From Piromyces finnis finn (taxonomy: Eukaryota; Fungi; Neocallimastigomycota), in NCBI GenBank assembly GCA_002104945.1, contig MCFH01000024.1:310001-374000 (forward strand): 64,000 nucleotides of DNA, in the 5' to 3' direction. Shown piece by piece: positions 38,791 to 50,303 of this stretch. The notes under the pieces were generated by a model. That model worked only from the letters and a program-made list of their open reading frames with translations. It did no database searches and was not told where the DNA came from. Each line of letters opens with the position of its first letter. The stretch's first letter is position 1. Position numbers and translations under genes: made by a program.

Positions 38791-39861
38791 ATGGGTAAGC
38801 AAAACACTCCTTTAATTTTAGGTTTCGTTAACAACGCCGCTAGAAACACTTTCAATGTTTCTCAAAAGCAAGTTCAAAACAAGAACGTTCAACAAAAAGC
38901 TGTTAAGCAACAAAAGCCACAACAACAAGATTGGACTAATGTTAACAAGAAGACTAACAAAAAAGGAACTCAATCATTCCAAAGTTGGGCTGATGTTGCT
39001 AGTCGCAACACCAAGAGTGAACTTCAAAAGACAAGCTGGGCTAATGTTGTCAAGCAACAAGAAAAGACTCAACAACGTTCAGTTAAACCACAACAACAAG
39101 CTAAGCAACAACAAGCTAAGCCAGTTCAAAAACAACAACAAAAGCAACAAAAGCAACAACAACAACAATTGAAGAACACTAAGTCCCAACAAACCCAAAC
39201 TTGGGGATGGTACCCAGCTTCAAAACAAGAAGCCGAATTAAAGAAATTAAACCAAAGAAATGAAAAGTCCGTCAAACAAGCTAACAACAAGGTTCAAAAC
39301 AAGCAACAAAACAAACAACAAGGAAAGCAACAAAACAAGCCACAAGGAAAGCAACAAAACAAGCAACAATTAATGAAGCAACAAAAGATGAGAAATGCTA
39401 AATTAATGATGGAAAAGCAAGCTAACAAGAGAGAACAAGAAATGAAGAAGAATTTCAATCTCTTAAAGAACATTAACAACTTATACGATGCTTTCAATTT
39501 AAGACTTCCATCAGAAAACTCTCGTGGTGCTTGGATTAGCTCTAACAAGGTTGGTAGTGATAAGGTTTTATCTGTTGCTACTTTATACGCTATTAGAAAT
39601 GCTCCAAGTACTCGTGGTAAGAAATGCTTTGTCCAACGTAATGGCCAAATCATTTTCAACAACAAGTGCATTCGCCGTGCTGTTGAAGGTAGATTCACTG
39701 GTCACAAGAAGTTCCGTGGTAACCGTGTCTTAACTTACATTCCAGAAAAATGGTTATCACAAGATAATGGTTATTCAAAGGGTGCCAACTATGAAAAGTT
39801 TGCTAGTATAAATGGTCCAAAGAGAAATGAAAGATGTTACTCTTTCAAGGGTGTTTACTAA
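38791..39861 (+). CDS. Orphan 356-aa protein: Q/K/N-rich low-complexity N-terminus plus a ~125-aa basic globular C-terminal domain; single exon
   Basis: Clean ORF after an A-rich leader. Strong use of C-ending and optimal codons (aac, aag, ttc, cgt, gct), unlike its neighbours. No family recognised. Confidence 0.88.
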   Translation: MGKQNTPLILGFVNNAARNTFNVSQKQVQNKNVQQKAVKQQKPQQQDWTNVNKKTNKKGTQSFQSWADVASRNTKSELQKTSWANVVKQQEKTQQRSVKPQQQAKQQQAKPVQKQQQKQQKQQQQQLKNTKSQQTQTWGWYPASKQEAELKKLNQRNEKSVKQANNKVQNKQQNKQQGKQQNKPQGKQQNKQQLMKQQKMRNAKLMMEKQANKREQEMKKNFNLLKNINNLYDAFNLRLPSENSRGAWISSNKVGSDKVLSVATLYAIRNAPSTRGKKCFVQRNGQIIFNNKCIRRAVEGRFTGHKKFRGNRVLTYIPEKWLSQDNGYSKGANYEKFASINGPKRNERCYSFKGVY

Positions 39862-42800
39862 TTTAATTACTTTTTGTACTTAAATCAATAATATACCTAA
39901 GAAAGAAGTTTAAAAAAAATTTAAAAAAGAAGGATTATTCTTATGTATATATTATATATAAAATATACCACCTTTTTTAAAATATAAAAAATATAAAAAA
40001 ATAAAAAAAAAATTTTAAATAATTTATTGTTTTTTCTCAATTACAAAATTTTTTGTGTCTATCCTATTTAATATGTCTATCCTATTTAATATCAAATTTA
40101 AATTTCTATATCATGTATTTGGACAATTTTACTATTTAAGTTATGAATTATTTATATGGATGCGTAATAAATATTTTTGAAAGAGTTTATTTTTATTTTT
40201 AGAAAGAAATTTTAGTAATCTTTTTGATATTTAATAATAATTGAAAGTAATATTTTGTTTTTTAATAATTAAATTTAAACCTATATATAATAATACTAAT
40301 GATATTTTAAAAAAGCTTTAACCCTTTAATTATTAATTTATTATTTTATATTTATACAACTATTTACATTATTATTTAAATCAATAAAAAATTCGGAAAT
40401 CAATTACAATATGTCATTGTATAGTGCTAAAGGGTGGTCAAATTATTGATAAAATATAATAAATTACACTTTATATTTTTTTATAAATTTATTTATAAAT
40501 ATATTTAAAGTAATTTATTTTTTAATTAATATAATGCAAGTAGTAATCTATTTATTTTAATATTTACTATAAAAATAAATAACTTTTTTTTTAGTATTAG
40601 ATATAAAAATATTAATATTTAAAATATATTAGAAAATAAAATTATAATGAATATTTTATTTAGTACTATCTAGTATTTCTAAAGATATACATACGAATAG
40701 TTACATCTTTCCTTTTCATAATTTAACATTTGTAAAATAGACCTTTTTTTTTAAGTTTTGTTTTGCCAGATTTAGTTATATTGAATTTTTATTACTTATT
40801 TATTTATTTACTTATTTATTTATTCATTTATTATTTTTAATTAATTTTAATTAATTTTTTCCATAAATATATTATTTACAAAAAGAATTAAAATTTTAAA
40901 TTAATCATATGACAATTCAACCTTTAAAATTCCAACCTAATGAAATTTAATAATAGTAGCAATAACAATGAAATAATCATAACTACTCTATTAAGTTACT
41001 ATTATTATTATTATTATTAATTACAGTATATCATATTATATTTTGATATTTTATTTTTTTAAAAAAGAAAAAAAAAACATTGAAGTTCATAATAATATTA
41101 TTAAATGAATATTTCAAAATTTTTTATTAAATCACATGAATTAGTAATATTTTAATTTTTACCATCATGAATGAATGATTTATTATTATAAATAAATTTA
41201 GCCATGAGGATTAATCGATTAATCGTTTTTTGAAATAGCAAAAAAATCATTTATGTTTTTTCTTTTGAAATAATAAAAACAACAACAACAACAGTATCAA
41301 CATTTCTGTAAATACACTTTTTTTAATTAATAAAAATACATAAACTTTATCAAATTGTATTAATTAAACCGTTTTTAAATCCATTTCTTTTTTTCAATTT
41401 TTTCAATTTGTTTTTATTTAATAAAAAGTTAAATTAAATGGATAATTTATATTAAAAGAAAGAATTTAGTTTATTTTAATTAAATAAAATAATTAATAAA
41501 TAATATATCATAAATATATTGAAATCAATAATTACAATATAAATTGTATATATTATAATATATCAATAGAAAGGGATCAAATGAAGGAGAATTTTAATTA
41601 TTTATTTATTAATTTAAAAAAAAAAACAAAACAATAATAAATAAATAAATAAATAAATAAATAAGTAAATAATAAAAGAAATATTTAATAAAGTTAATAA
41701 TAGCAATAATAATTATTATAATATTATAATATCAATTTATTTAATTATTAATTCATTATCAATAAATAATTGTAAAAGAATAGTAATAGTTTTTTATACT
41801 ATTTTTTTTATTGATCATTAATAAAAATTGATGGTATCAAGCAGGGTGCGGTCAAATGTTTAAATGAAATAGATTTGAACAATGGAGTTTATCAAGATGA
41901 TCTTCCATTTTTTCCATTTTGAATCATATGAATTAAGTGAATGAATGAATAACAAATCAAATAAATGTAGATAGATAAATAAATAAACAAAAATAAATAA
42001 ATTTAATATCAAAAAAAAAAAAAAAAATTGGTAAAAGTGACAAGATTCCTTTATTTATGTAATTATCTATACCAATTGATTGCTTTTTAATGTTGATGTA
42101 TAAAGTTTATTAATTTAAACGAATAATAATATTTTTTTCTATTTGATTAGGTGTCCATAATATATTGTATATTATATATATTATCATATCATGAGGAACG
42201 ATTTATTTATTAATAATAAAATGTTTTTTTAAAAGTTTTTATTTTTATTTTATTTTATCCAGTGATAACAATTGATTTACAAAATTAATTAATATACAAT
42301 CTTGATTAAAAAAAATTCATTTGTTTAAAAATAATTAATAATTTATAATAAAAAGGCTATAAAAACTAGGTCATTTCCCCTTCCCATAGCATTAAATATT
42401 TTTACTTTACAATAGTTTTATATCGTAAAAAAAAAAAAGAGTATTGATCTCTTATTAATTATAGTTAAACTATCAATACCATTACTTTCAATAAAATATA
42501 AAAAGAAATATAAAGGATATTATATATACGCCAACATAAAAAATATATTTTTTAATTGATAACGACAATAACAACAAAACCACAAAGCAATAAAACGTAG
42601 TCACACACAATAAAAAAAAAAAAAGGAGCATAAAATAATTATATATGTTGAAAACAAATATAAATTATTAACAATATAACTAAATAACTAATTTCAAAGT
42701 TAACAGTATTTTAAAATAATATACCAATATTTAAAACATAATAATATATTATATATAAATAACTTTCTACAATTATACATACATATAATATTAATATTAT

Positions 42801-44177
42801 ATCACTAATAAATAAAGAATAAGACATAAATAACTTGTAAATAATATATACCTTAATAACAAATAAAATATAAACTTTTCTTATAAAAAAAAAAAGGTAA
42901 AAAATTATTTTATATTAATAATTAAACAACAACAATTTTTATATATACAACATAGTATACAGAGTATACAGAGTATACATAGTATCTAAAGTAAAATCAA
43001 CCCTACAAACTTTAATTATAAAATAATAAAGTTAATTTGATATTGTAATACGTAGAATAGATTTATTTATACATATAATTAACAATTAACCAAGAATAAT
43101 AAGTATAATCTATATTTAAATTTATTTTTCTAGTTGTCCTTCACTATGATTTATTTATAAAAGGTGGTAGTTGTTGTTGCCAACCTTTATTTTTTTTTAG
43201 ATAATTAATACTACTACAATCATTATTACAATATAGTTATTCTATTTAAATAATTAATTAATATAAAATTTTAATATATTTAATTACCTTTATAAAAATT
43301 TATATATGCATACAATATATTTATGAATATAAAAAAATTAATAATTAAAAAATAATTTATATTAAAAAGGTTAGATAGATTAAAAAATTATTTATAAAAA
43401 AGAAATTATTTATTTAAAATTAAAAATACTGCTTTTCTTTATTTTTTTATTTTATTTTGCGTTTTTTTTTTTTTTTTAAAAAAATCCTCACCAGCAAAAT
43501 TATATAGTAGTATTATTATAATTTTAAAAAAAGAAAATTATAAATTCAAACTATTATAATTAGAAATAAAATTATATAAAATAAATAAAAAGAATTGTTA
43601 TTTATTATATTTATAAACATAAAGAAAATATATATATTATATTTTGTAATTTATTTACAACTAGAAAAAGAAAAATATACATTTTATTAGAATAATAAAT
43701 ATATATATATAAACTAAAAAAAAAAAAAAAATACATAATAAATATTTAACAAAAAGAAAACAACTACAACAACAACAAAAAATAATAAAAAAAAAAAACT
43801 GAAAAGTAATTTTGAAGCTTTCTGTAAAGAGAAAAGATAAAAAAAAGTAATTTTTATAATATTTAATAGCACAAAGTATATTATTATTATTATTATTAAT
43901 GGTAATAGTAGTAGTAGTAGTAGTAGAAAAAGTATATAAAAAAAAGTCATTATAATATTCAGAGAAAACAAGAAAACCTTAAAAAAAAATAAATACAATT
44001 ATATATTATTTGTGTTTTTTCTTTATTAAAAGTTTATTTAAAATATAAAATTTTATAATACTAATATTTATTTATTTATTTATTATTATTAATTTCTTTT
44101 TATTTAAAAAGTCAATATACATTAATAAATAAATTAAATTATTCATACATTAATTATTAATAATAAAATAAAATAAA

Positions 44178-47100
44178 ATGGAAGGAGGTAAATATATTAT
44201 ATGAATGTTAAAAAAAACTTTTACTGTATATAATAGAATATTTATTAAAAAGCTATTTTTATTAATGTGTTCTTATTTGTATATATATATTGCTTTATCT
44301 TGCTTTTTCTTTTAAAAAGATAATCAAAATAAAGGAAATAATAAGAAAACCACCACTAAAGGAAAATTCCAAGATAAGAATAACAACGGTGGTGTTAAGA
44401 AGAGTAATAACAATAGTAAGGATTTCACAAAGAATAAGAATAATAATAAAAAGGCTTCAGCTGTAACTACCAATGCTGTAGCTACTGGTACAACTGCTTC
44501 TTCAGCCAACAGCATCTTTGGCAAACGTAGTAATAACTATCAACGTAATAATAACAAGAACAGTTCATTTTTCAATTCTAGTAGTTCTAACAATCCATTT
44601 TCAAGTTCTTATAACAGTAATGATAATCCTTTCTCAAAGAATTCATTTGGATCTGGTAAAAGTCCATTTTCATCATCCTATGATCGTAGCTATTTCAACA
44701 AAAATAAGGGAGGAAGTCCATTTAGCAAAAATAACGGAAGAAATAATCAACGTAATAATAAGTCCCCATTTACATTTAATCAAAATACTAACAATGTAGA
44801 TGGTCTTGTTGATATTAACAGTCTTGACTCTTCTAAACTTGATATGTTAACCATGAAAACATACCTTAAACAACAAATAGAATATTATTTCAGTGTAGAA
44901 AACTTATGCAAGGATATGTATATGCGTCAACAAATGGATAAGGATGGATATGTTCATTTATCTACTTTATTAAAATTCAAACGTACAAAAAGTTTAATTG
45001 ATATTGCTAAAGATGTTGATAAGAAATCGGGATCTGAAGCTACATACGATGATGTATGGGAATCTAACTTAATTGTTGATTCCCTAGACAATGGTGATGT
45101 TGTTGAAATTAAAAAGAATGAAAATGAAATTAAGCTTCGTAAAAAGTATGATTGGAAGAATTGGTTAAATCCTGATTTAACAGGTAAAATAATGTGGCGT
45201 TTTTTTTTTTATTATTAATATTAACTTTTTTTAAAGATCAAATAATTCAATAAGGTTTATGGGCGTGATATACTAACGTTTATTTTAAACATATATACAT
45301 TAATATATTAAAAATTAGAGGATAAAAATGAAGATGATATCAATGTTCTTGGTGATGAAGGTAAATATTCATGCATACTTAAATTTAATAATATTATATT
45401 ATTATTTCTAGGAATTTACATATAATTTATTTAGAAAGCATTTATGATTAACTCAACCCTCTATTAATTTTTTTTTAAAAAAAAAATTAAAAATATTTAA
45501 ATATATTTATTTACTATTCGATAAATTGGTAACAAAAAAAAAAAAAAAAAGATAATGAATGGACTACAATTACTTCACGTAAACAAAAAAAGAATTCAAA
45601 GAATGGTGCTGAAAAGGTAAAACAAAGTAATAACGATGATGATCTCTTCCAATTTGATGAAGAATGGAATGAAGAAGGAAACAATGAAAAGGATATTAAG
45701 AAATCTGCTATTGAATGGAGTGATGATGAAAATGATGATATTAATTTAAATGAAACTGAAGATCAAGAAGAAGATGAATCTGAATATGAAATTGATGATG
45801 ATCAAATCAATGGTTTAATGTTAGTACTTCCAAGACCAAGACAATCCAGTGGACAAAATTCTGCTAGTGGAAGTGGTGCTTTTTCTTCCTCATATAATAG
45901 AAAATATGGTAGAAGCTTTGGTAAAAGCAATGATATGAACCAAGTTATTAATGATGGTTTAGTCTTTTATGAAAACAACTTAAATAGAAAAGGTAGTAAT
46001 AATCAATTCAAAACTGGATCCAGTAATAACTCTAGCTTTAAGATTGATGATAAAAACAAGGCATTCTCAAGCATTCAACAACAACGTTCTAATCTTTCTT
46101 CCAACCTTAAAAAATCATCCTATTCTACCAGTTTTAATGATAAGAAAAATAATAACAGTTTAACTAATGATTCAAAGGATCATTCCTTAAATTCAAAGAA
46201 GGATTACTTCAAGGGATATTCCTCTTCTCCAAAGAATATTAATGGCAATAAAAAGAATCAAAAACGTTTATTCGTTCCAGAATCACCAGCTGTTCATTCT
46301 GAATATCTTGGCTCCACCCCATCTCCAATTGGTTACTTAATGACAAATGAAGCCCCATCAAAATCTGCAAGAAGTTCACGAAACAATAATGCTATCTCTG
46401 GTCCACCACCATCTACTTCTGTTCCAATTGCCTATAGTTTAGGTCGTCCAGGTACCTCATCTGGTTTAGATATACCTAGAAACTCCTTTAATAGAAGTGG
46501 TATTTTAGGCAGCAGTTACAACAATAATAACAATAGTTTTGGTGCCAAGAATGGTGGTCAAAGTGCTTCAAGTAGTCTTGGTGCTAGTTTCAAGGAGTTC
46601 CCAGCTTTCCAACATCCAAGTTATGAAATATTAAAGGAAAATGGCTTTATTCAACACAAGTACACCAAATTCCATGCCAAGGCAATTAAGGAACGTCAAT
46701 TAGCAGGTATTGGTCATTCCCAAGAAATGAATACCATGTTCCGTTTCTGGAGTCACTTTTTACGTGAACGTTTTAACGCCAACATGTATAATGAATTTAA
46801 GAAATTAGCCTTGGAAGATGCTGAAGCTGGTTATCGTTATGGTTTAGAATGTTTATTCCGTTTCTATTCCTACGGTTTAGAAGTTCATTTCCGTCAAGAT
46901 ATTTTTGATGATTTCCAAACGGTTACATTGGAAGATTATCTTGAAAAAGACAAATTATACGGTTTAGAAAAATTCTGGGCCTTATTACATTATCGTAAGG
47001 ATAAGAAAAAGTTAACCATAAAACCAGAATTAGAAGAAATTTTAAAGAAATTCCCAACTATTGAAGAATTTAGAAAATTACGTAAATACTATCCAAGACA

Positions 47101-47275
47101 CGGTAATAACAATACTCTTCCAAACAATGGTAATGGTTCTTCTAATCCAGCACCAGTAAGTAGTAGTTTTACTAATACTCCAGCTATAAATCTTGAAATG
47201 GATATGGATTTAAATACGATGACTATGGATCCAACACTTTCTAGTGCTGATTTATTAGGTACTTCCACCGAATAA
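44178..47275 (+). CDS. LARP1: La-related protein 1 (La motif plus DM15 repeats), 4 exons; start codon tentative
   Basis: Exons 44178-44187, 44320-45183, 45319-45360 and 45552-47275 join in frame. La motif [32 protein letters not shown]15 [12 protein letters not shown]...[14 protein letters not shown]...[17 protein letters not shown]...LYGLEKFWA. Confidence 0.93.
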
Positions 47276-47472
47276 ATTGACCTTTTTTCCTTTTTTTTAG
47301 AAAAAGAAAGGAGGAACCAAAAAAAAAAAAAGTCATGATCATCATCCATTCTACCTCAACCACTAGATTTCATATAATTTAATTTCCAAGCCACTGATCC
47401 TTATTATTATGAAAAACAATAACGGAAAAAAAACGAGAACGAAAAGCAAAAAATGAAAATTTACAATTCCTC

Positions 47473-47505
<33 letters not shown>

Positions 47506-47623
47506 GGAAATTATAATAATAATAATAATAATAATAATTAATAATATCATAAATAATTAAATACATGTCGCTCAATCCTATATCCATTCTAATATGTGTA
47601 GATATACATTTTTTTTATTGTAA

Positions 47624-47658
<35 letters not shown>

Positions 47659-48227
47659 TATAATAATAAAATAAAAAATATATATACAAAAAAAAAAAAA
47701 AAAACCTAGTTAATCATGTATAATGAATATTTATTTTTTATCATGAATATAAAATTTATATATTATAAACAAGTCGAAAATAATAATAATAATAACAATA
47801 ACAATAACAATACATTATCCCCTCTCATAAAACAAAGAAAAAACCATGAAAAGAAAAAAAGAAAAATCTCACAAAAAAAGCAAACAAACCAACAAAAAAA
47901 AAAAAAAAAAATTCTATTTTTTTTATACAACATATTTTTATATTAATAATTAATATTATTTAATAAATTTAGTTTTTTTTTATTAAAAAAAAAATTCATT
48001 AATATATATTAATAAATAAATAAATAAATAAAATAAAGAAAAAAAAAATAAAGGTTTATATATCTTTTTTTTTGTCATTATCATCCCAACCCAATTTTTA
48101 ATATTTATATAGTTTAATGGTTAAATTATGCATTATATATTTTCAACTTTCTTTTTAAAATTATATAAAAAAAAAAATTATAGCATTTATTTATAATAGA
48201 AATATATATATCTATTTATCATCATTA

Positions 48228-48560
48228 TGTCTATCATCGGGGTCTCATGTTCCGTATGTAGAGGGTCTCGAGGCTTTTCTTACTAAAACAATCCCTATCA
48301 TTAGTAGCTCAATGAAGCTACTTTTTGATAGGTTTAGTAAGACACCTAACGTAATCAAGAGCGCCGACGTCGTACCGATGATATGGCAAAGGAATATTCC
48401 TAAGGTTCCGTACACAGGGGGGTTCAATGTTAGTATTTCTTCGAATAAAAACATTATGAGCCCATGGGAGAGTTTAGTGGACACCACCACACTATCATAT
48501 CTGATGTTACTTTTCTTTTTTATTTCATTTAATTTATTAGGTAGGGACCAATTCCACACA
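48228..48560. other. GC-enriched, extensively self-complementary island; candidate structured ncRNA or transposon-derived element
   Basis: Helices: 48232-48240/48375-48383 (9 bp), 48279-48287/48333-48341 (9 bp), 48295-48300/48326-48331, 48303-48309/48316-48322 and 48421-48431/48450-48462. Neither ORF here looks protein-like. Confidence 0.45.
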
Positions 48561-49748
48561 GTACGAATTGCAGAGTTTATTGAACTTTTATGCAACTTTA
48601 ATAATTATTTTATTTTATATTTTATATTTATATTTATATATATATATATTTTTTATTTTTATTTATATCTATAGGTATTATCACCTAATATTATGTAATA
48701 TCTCAAATTAAATAAATAAATACAAGAAGAAGCGTATTCTCTTCCTAGTCTAAAAAAAAAAAAAATCATAATGTCTAATAGGATTTGATCATTAATAAAT
48801 TAAATATATATATATATATTTTTTAAAAAAAACATCCATTGGTATTATTTATCGTTTGATATTAAGAAATAAGGAGAAAAAACAAAAAAATATTAAAATT
48901 TAAAAATTAGTTTTATATTAATTCATTTGGCAAAGGAAACTTTTTTTTTATGGTATAAAAGAGTGGGCCAAAGGTATACCTAGATCATTAAAATAGTTTT
49001 ATATAACTATCCAATAAAATAAAACTAAAGAATACGAATACGAATAAAAAGTTTATAAATACGTCTTTTTAATATAACATCAATCTTAAAAAAAAAAAAA
49101 CTATTATAAAAATCAGTTAAATTTTTAATGTCACAACTTTAAAAATTTTATATTTTAAGCATCAAAAATGGTTAAATACTATATTATTAATATTAATAAA
49201 AAGATTTTATTTATGTCTATTATTCTAATTTTTTTTTTTACCCTTCATTTTTTATCGATCGCTTTATTTTAATTTTTTTTATTAAAAAACTAAAAAAAAA
49301 AAAAAAGTCCTTCAGTGTCCTTTTAATTCTATACATTAAACTTTTTTTTTTATGAATAAATTATTTCTATATTCAATTAAAATATTGATTTTTCCTTTTA
49401 AATTCCTTTATAATGATAGAGATGAATTGTCCAAATCCAAATAAAATGTAGAATAATCAAAATAATTATTTCTTTAAATTAGTAACATCATCATCATTAT
49501 TGAATAATTAAAATGAATTGGGGAATTCATATAATATACTAAGATACTATTAATACATTAGCTTATCAAAGTTTTTTTTTTTTTATTAGATGTTATACTA
49601 AGATATTCATTCTCCAATGCTTTCTTTTTCTTTTTTTTTTTTAATTGAAACTAATCTAGTCATCTTTTTTTTAAATCTAATCATTTTATAATAAAAGAAG
49701 CTATTTGAATGCAAAAAAAAAAACTTTTCATTACTCTTCGTTTATCCT

Positions 49749-50303
49749 TTTTTTATTTTTTTTTTTTTTAACTTCCGAGTGCATTTCTCCCATCGATCAG
49801 AGTTAGCTCCAATGGTGGTTCTTAGAGAAACGTTGGCTCATTCCTATTGCTAGGTGGTTGTGACCCTCCTGGTCTGTCATACTGTTTCTTCAGCTTCGAC
49901 GCTCACTTAATCCATGTACATTAGATGCATGTCGTTGTACGATATTTCATAACTACGATGCTAAGCCTCTTATAGTCAATTTGATCACGTGTCAACCGCC
50001 CCCTAATGTTTACACTTAAATTGATTAAGGAATATTATGTGTTTTTGGCATAGCCTAAGTCACCACTTATTAAGTTCTAATTTGGAATGTACCATGTACA
50101 CTAGACCCTCTCAGGCCGGCTAGACGAGTGTTATTATCATAGTAGTAAATTAGAAAGTTCATTTATACTTACCTGAATATCATAACCCAACCCATGGCAA
50201 ACCCAGTGGGAAAATCCACAGGCACTGACATCTGCGGGGTCGAACCAGAAGCCTTATGTATTCTAAGGAAACGCCTTAACAACCAGGATAAAAACTGGAA
50301 CGA
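49749..50303 (-). mobile_element. SINE-like non-autonomous retroposon (555 bp) with tRNA-like head, poly(A) tail and 13-bp target-site duplication
   Basis: The identical 13-mer cttcgtttatcct occurs at 49736-49748 and 50304-50316. Poly(T) at 49749-49769 is a poly(A) tail on the minus strand. B-box GGTTCGACCCC at 50246-50236 lies near the 5' end. The body is GC-enriched with no meaningful ORF. Confidence 0.82.

Noticed and set aside
40056-40091. 18-bp perfect tandem duplication tgtctatcctatttaata x2; similar tiny duplications near 36511 and 42955
   Set aside because: Ordinary slippage products with no further structure.
1315-47275. Apparent enrichment of RNA-biology genes (WKF, ELP4, RRM-FtsJ, LARP1)
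   Set aside because: They are widely spaced, interleaved with unrelated genes and belong to different pathways. There is no evidence of a functional cluster.
48394-48402. ATATTCCTA, the m1 motif of snR30/U17 snoRNA
   Set aside because: No m2 motif (AAACCAT) and no flanking stem placing m1 and m2 in an internal loop before an ACA box.
48228-48560. TG...CA termini suggesting a solo LTR
   Set aside because: The flanks (catta and gtacg) give no 4-6-bp TSD.
50165-50175. ATACTTACCTG, identical to the 5' end of U1 snRNA
   Set aside because: No downstream U1-70K loop, U1A loop or Sm site. It is better read as the reverse complement of a CAG|GTAAGTAT donor within the SINE-like element.
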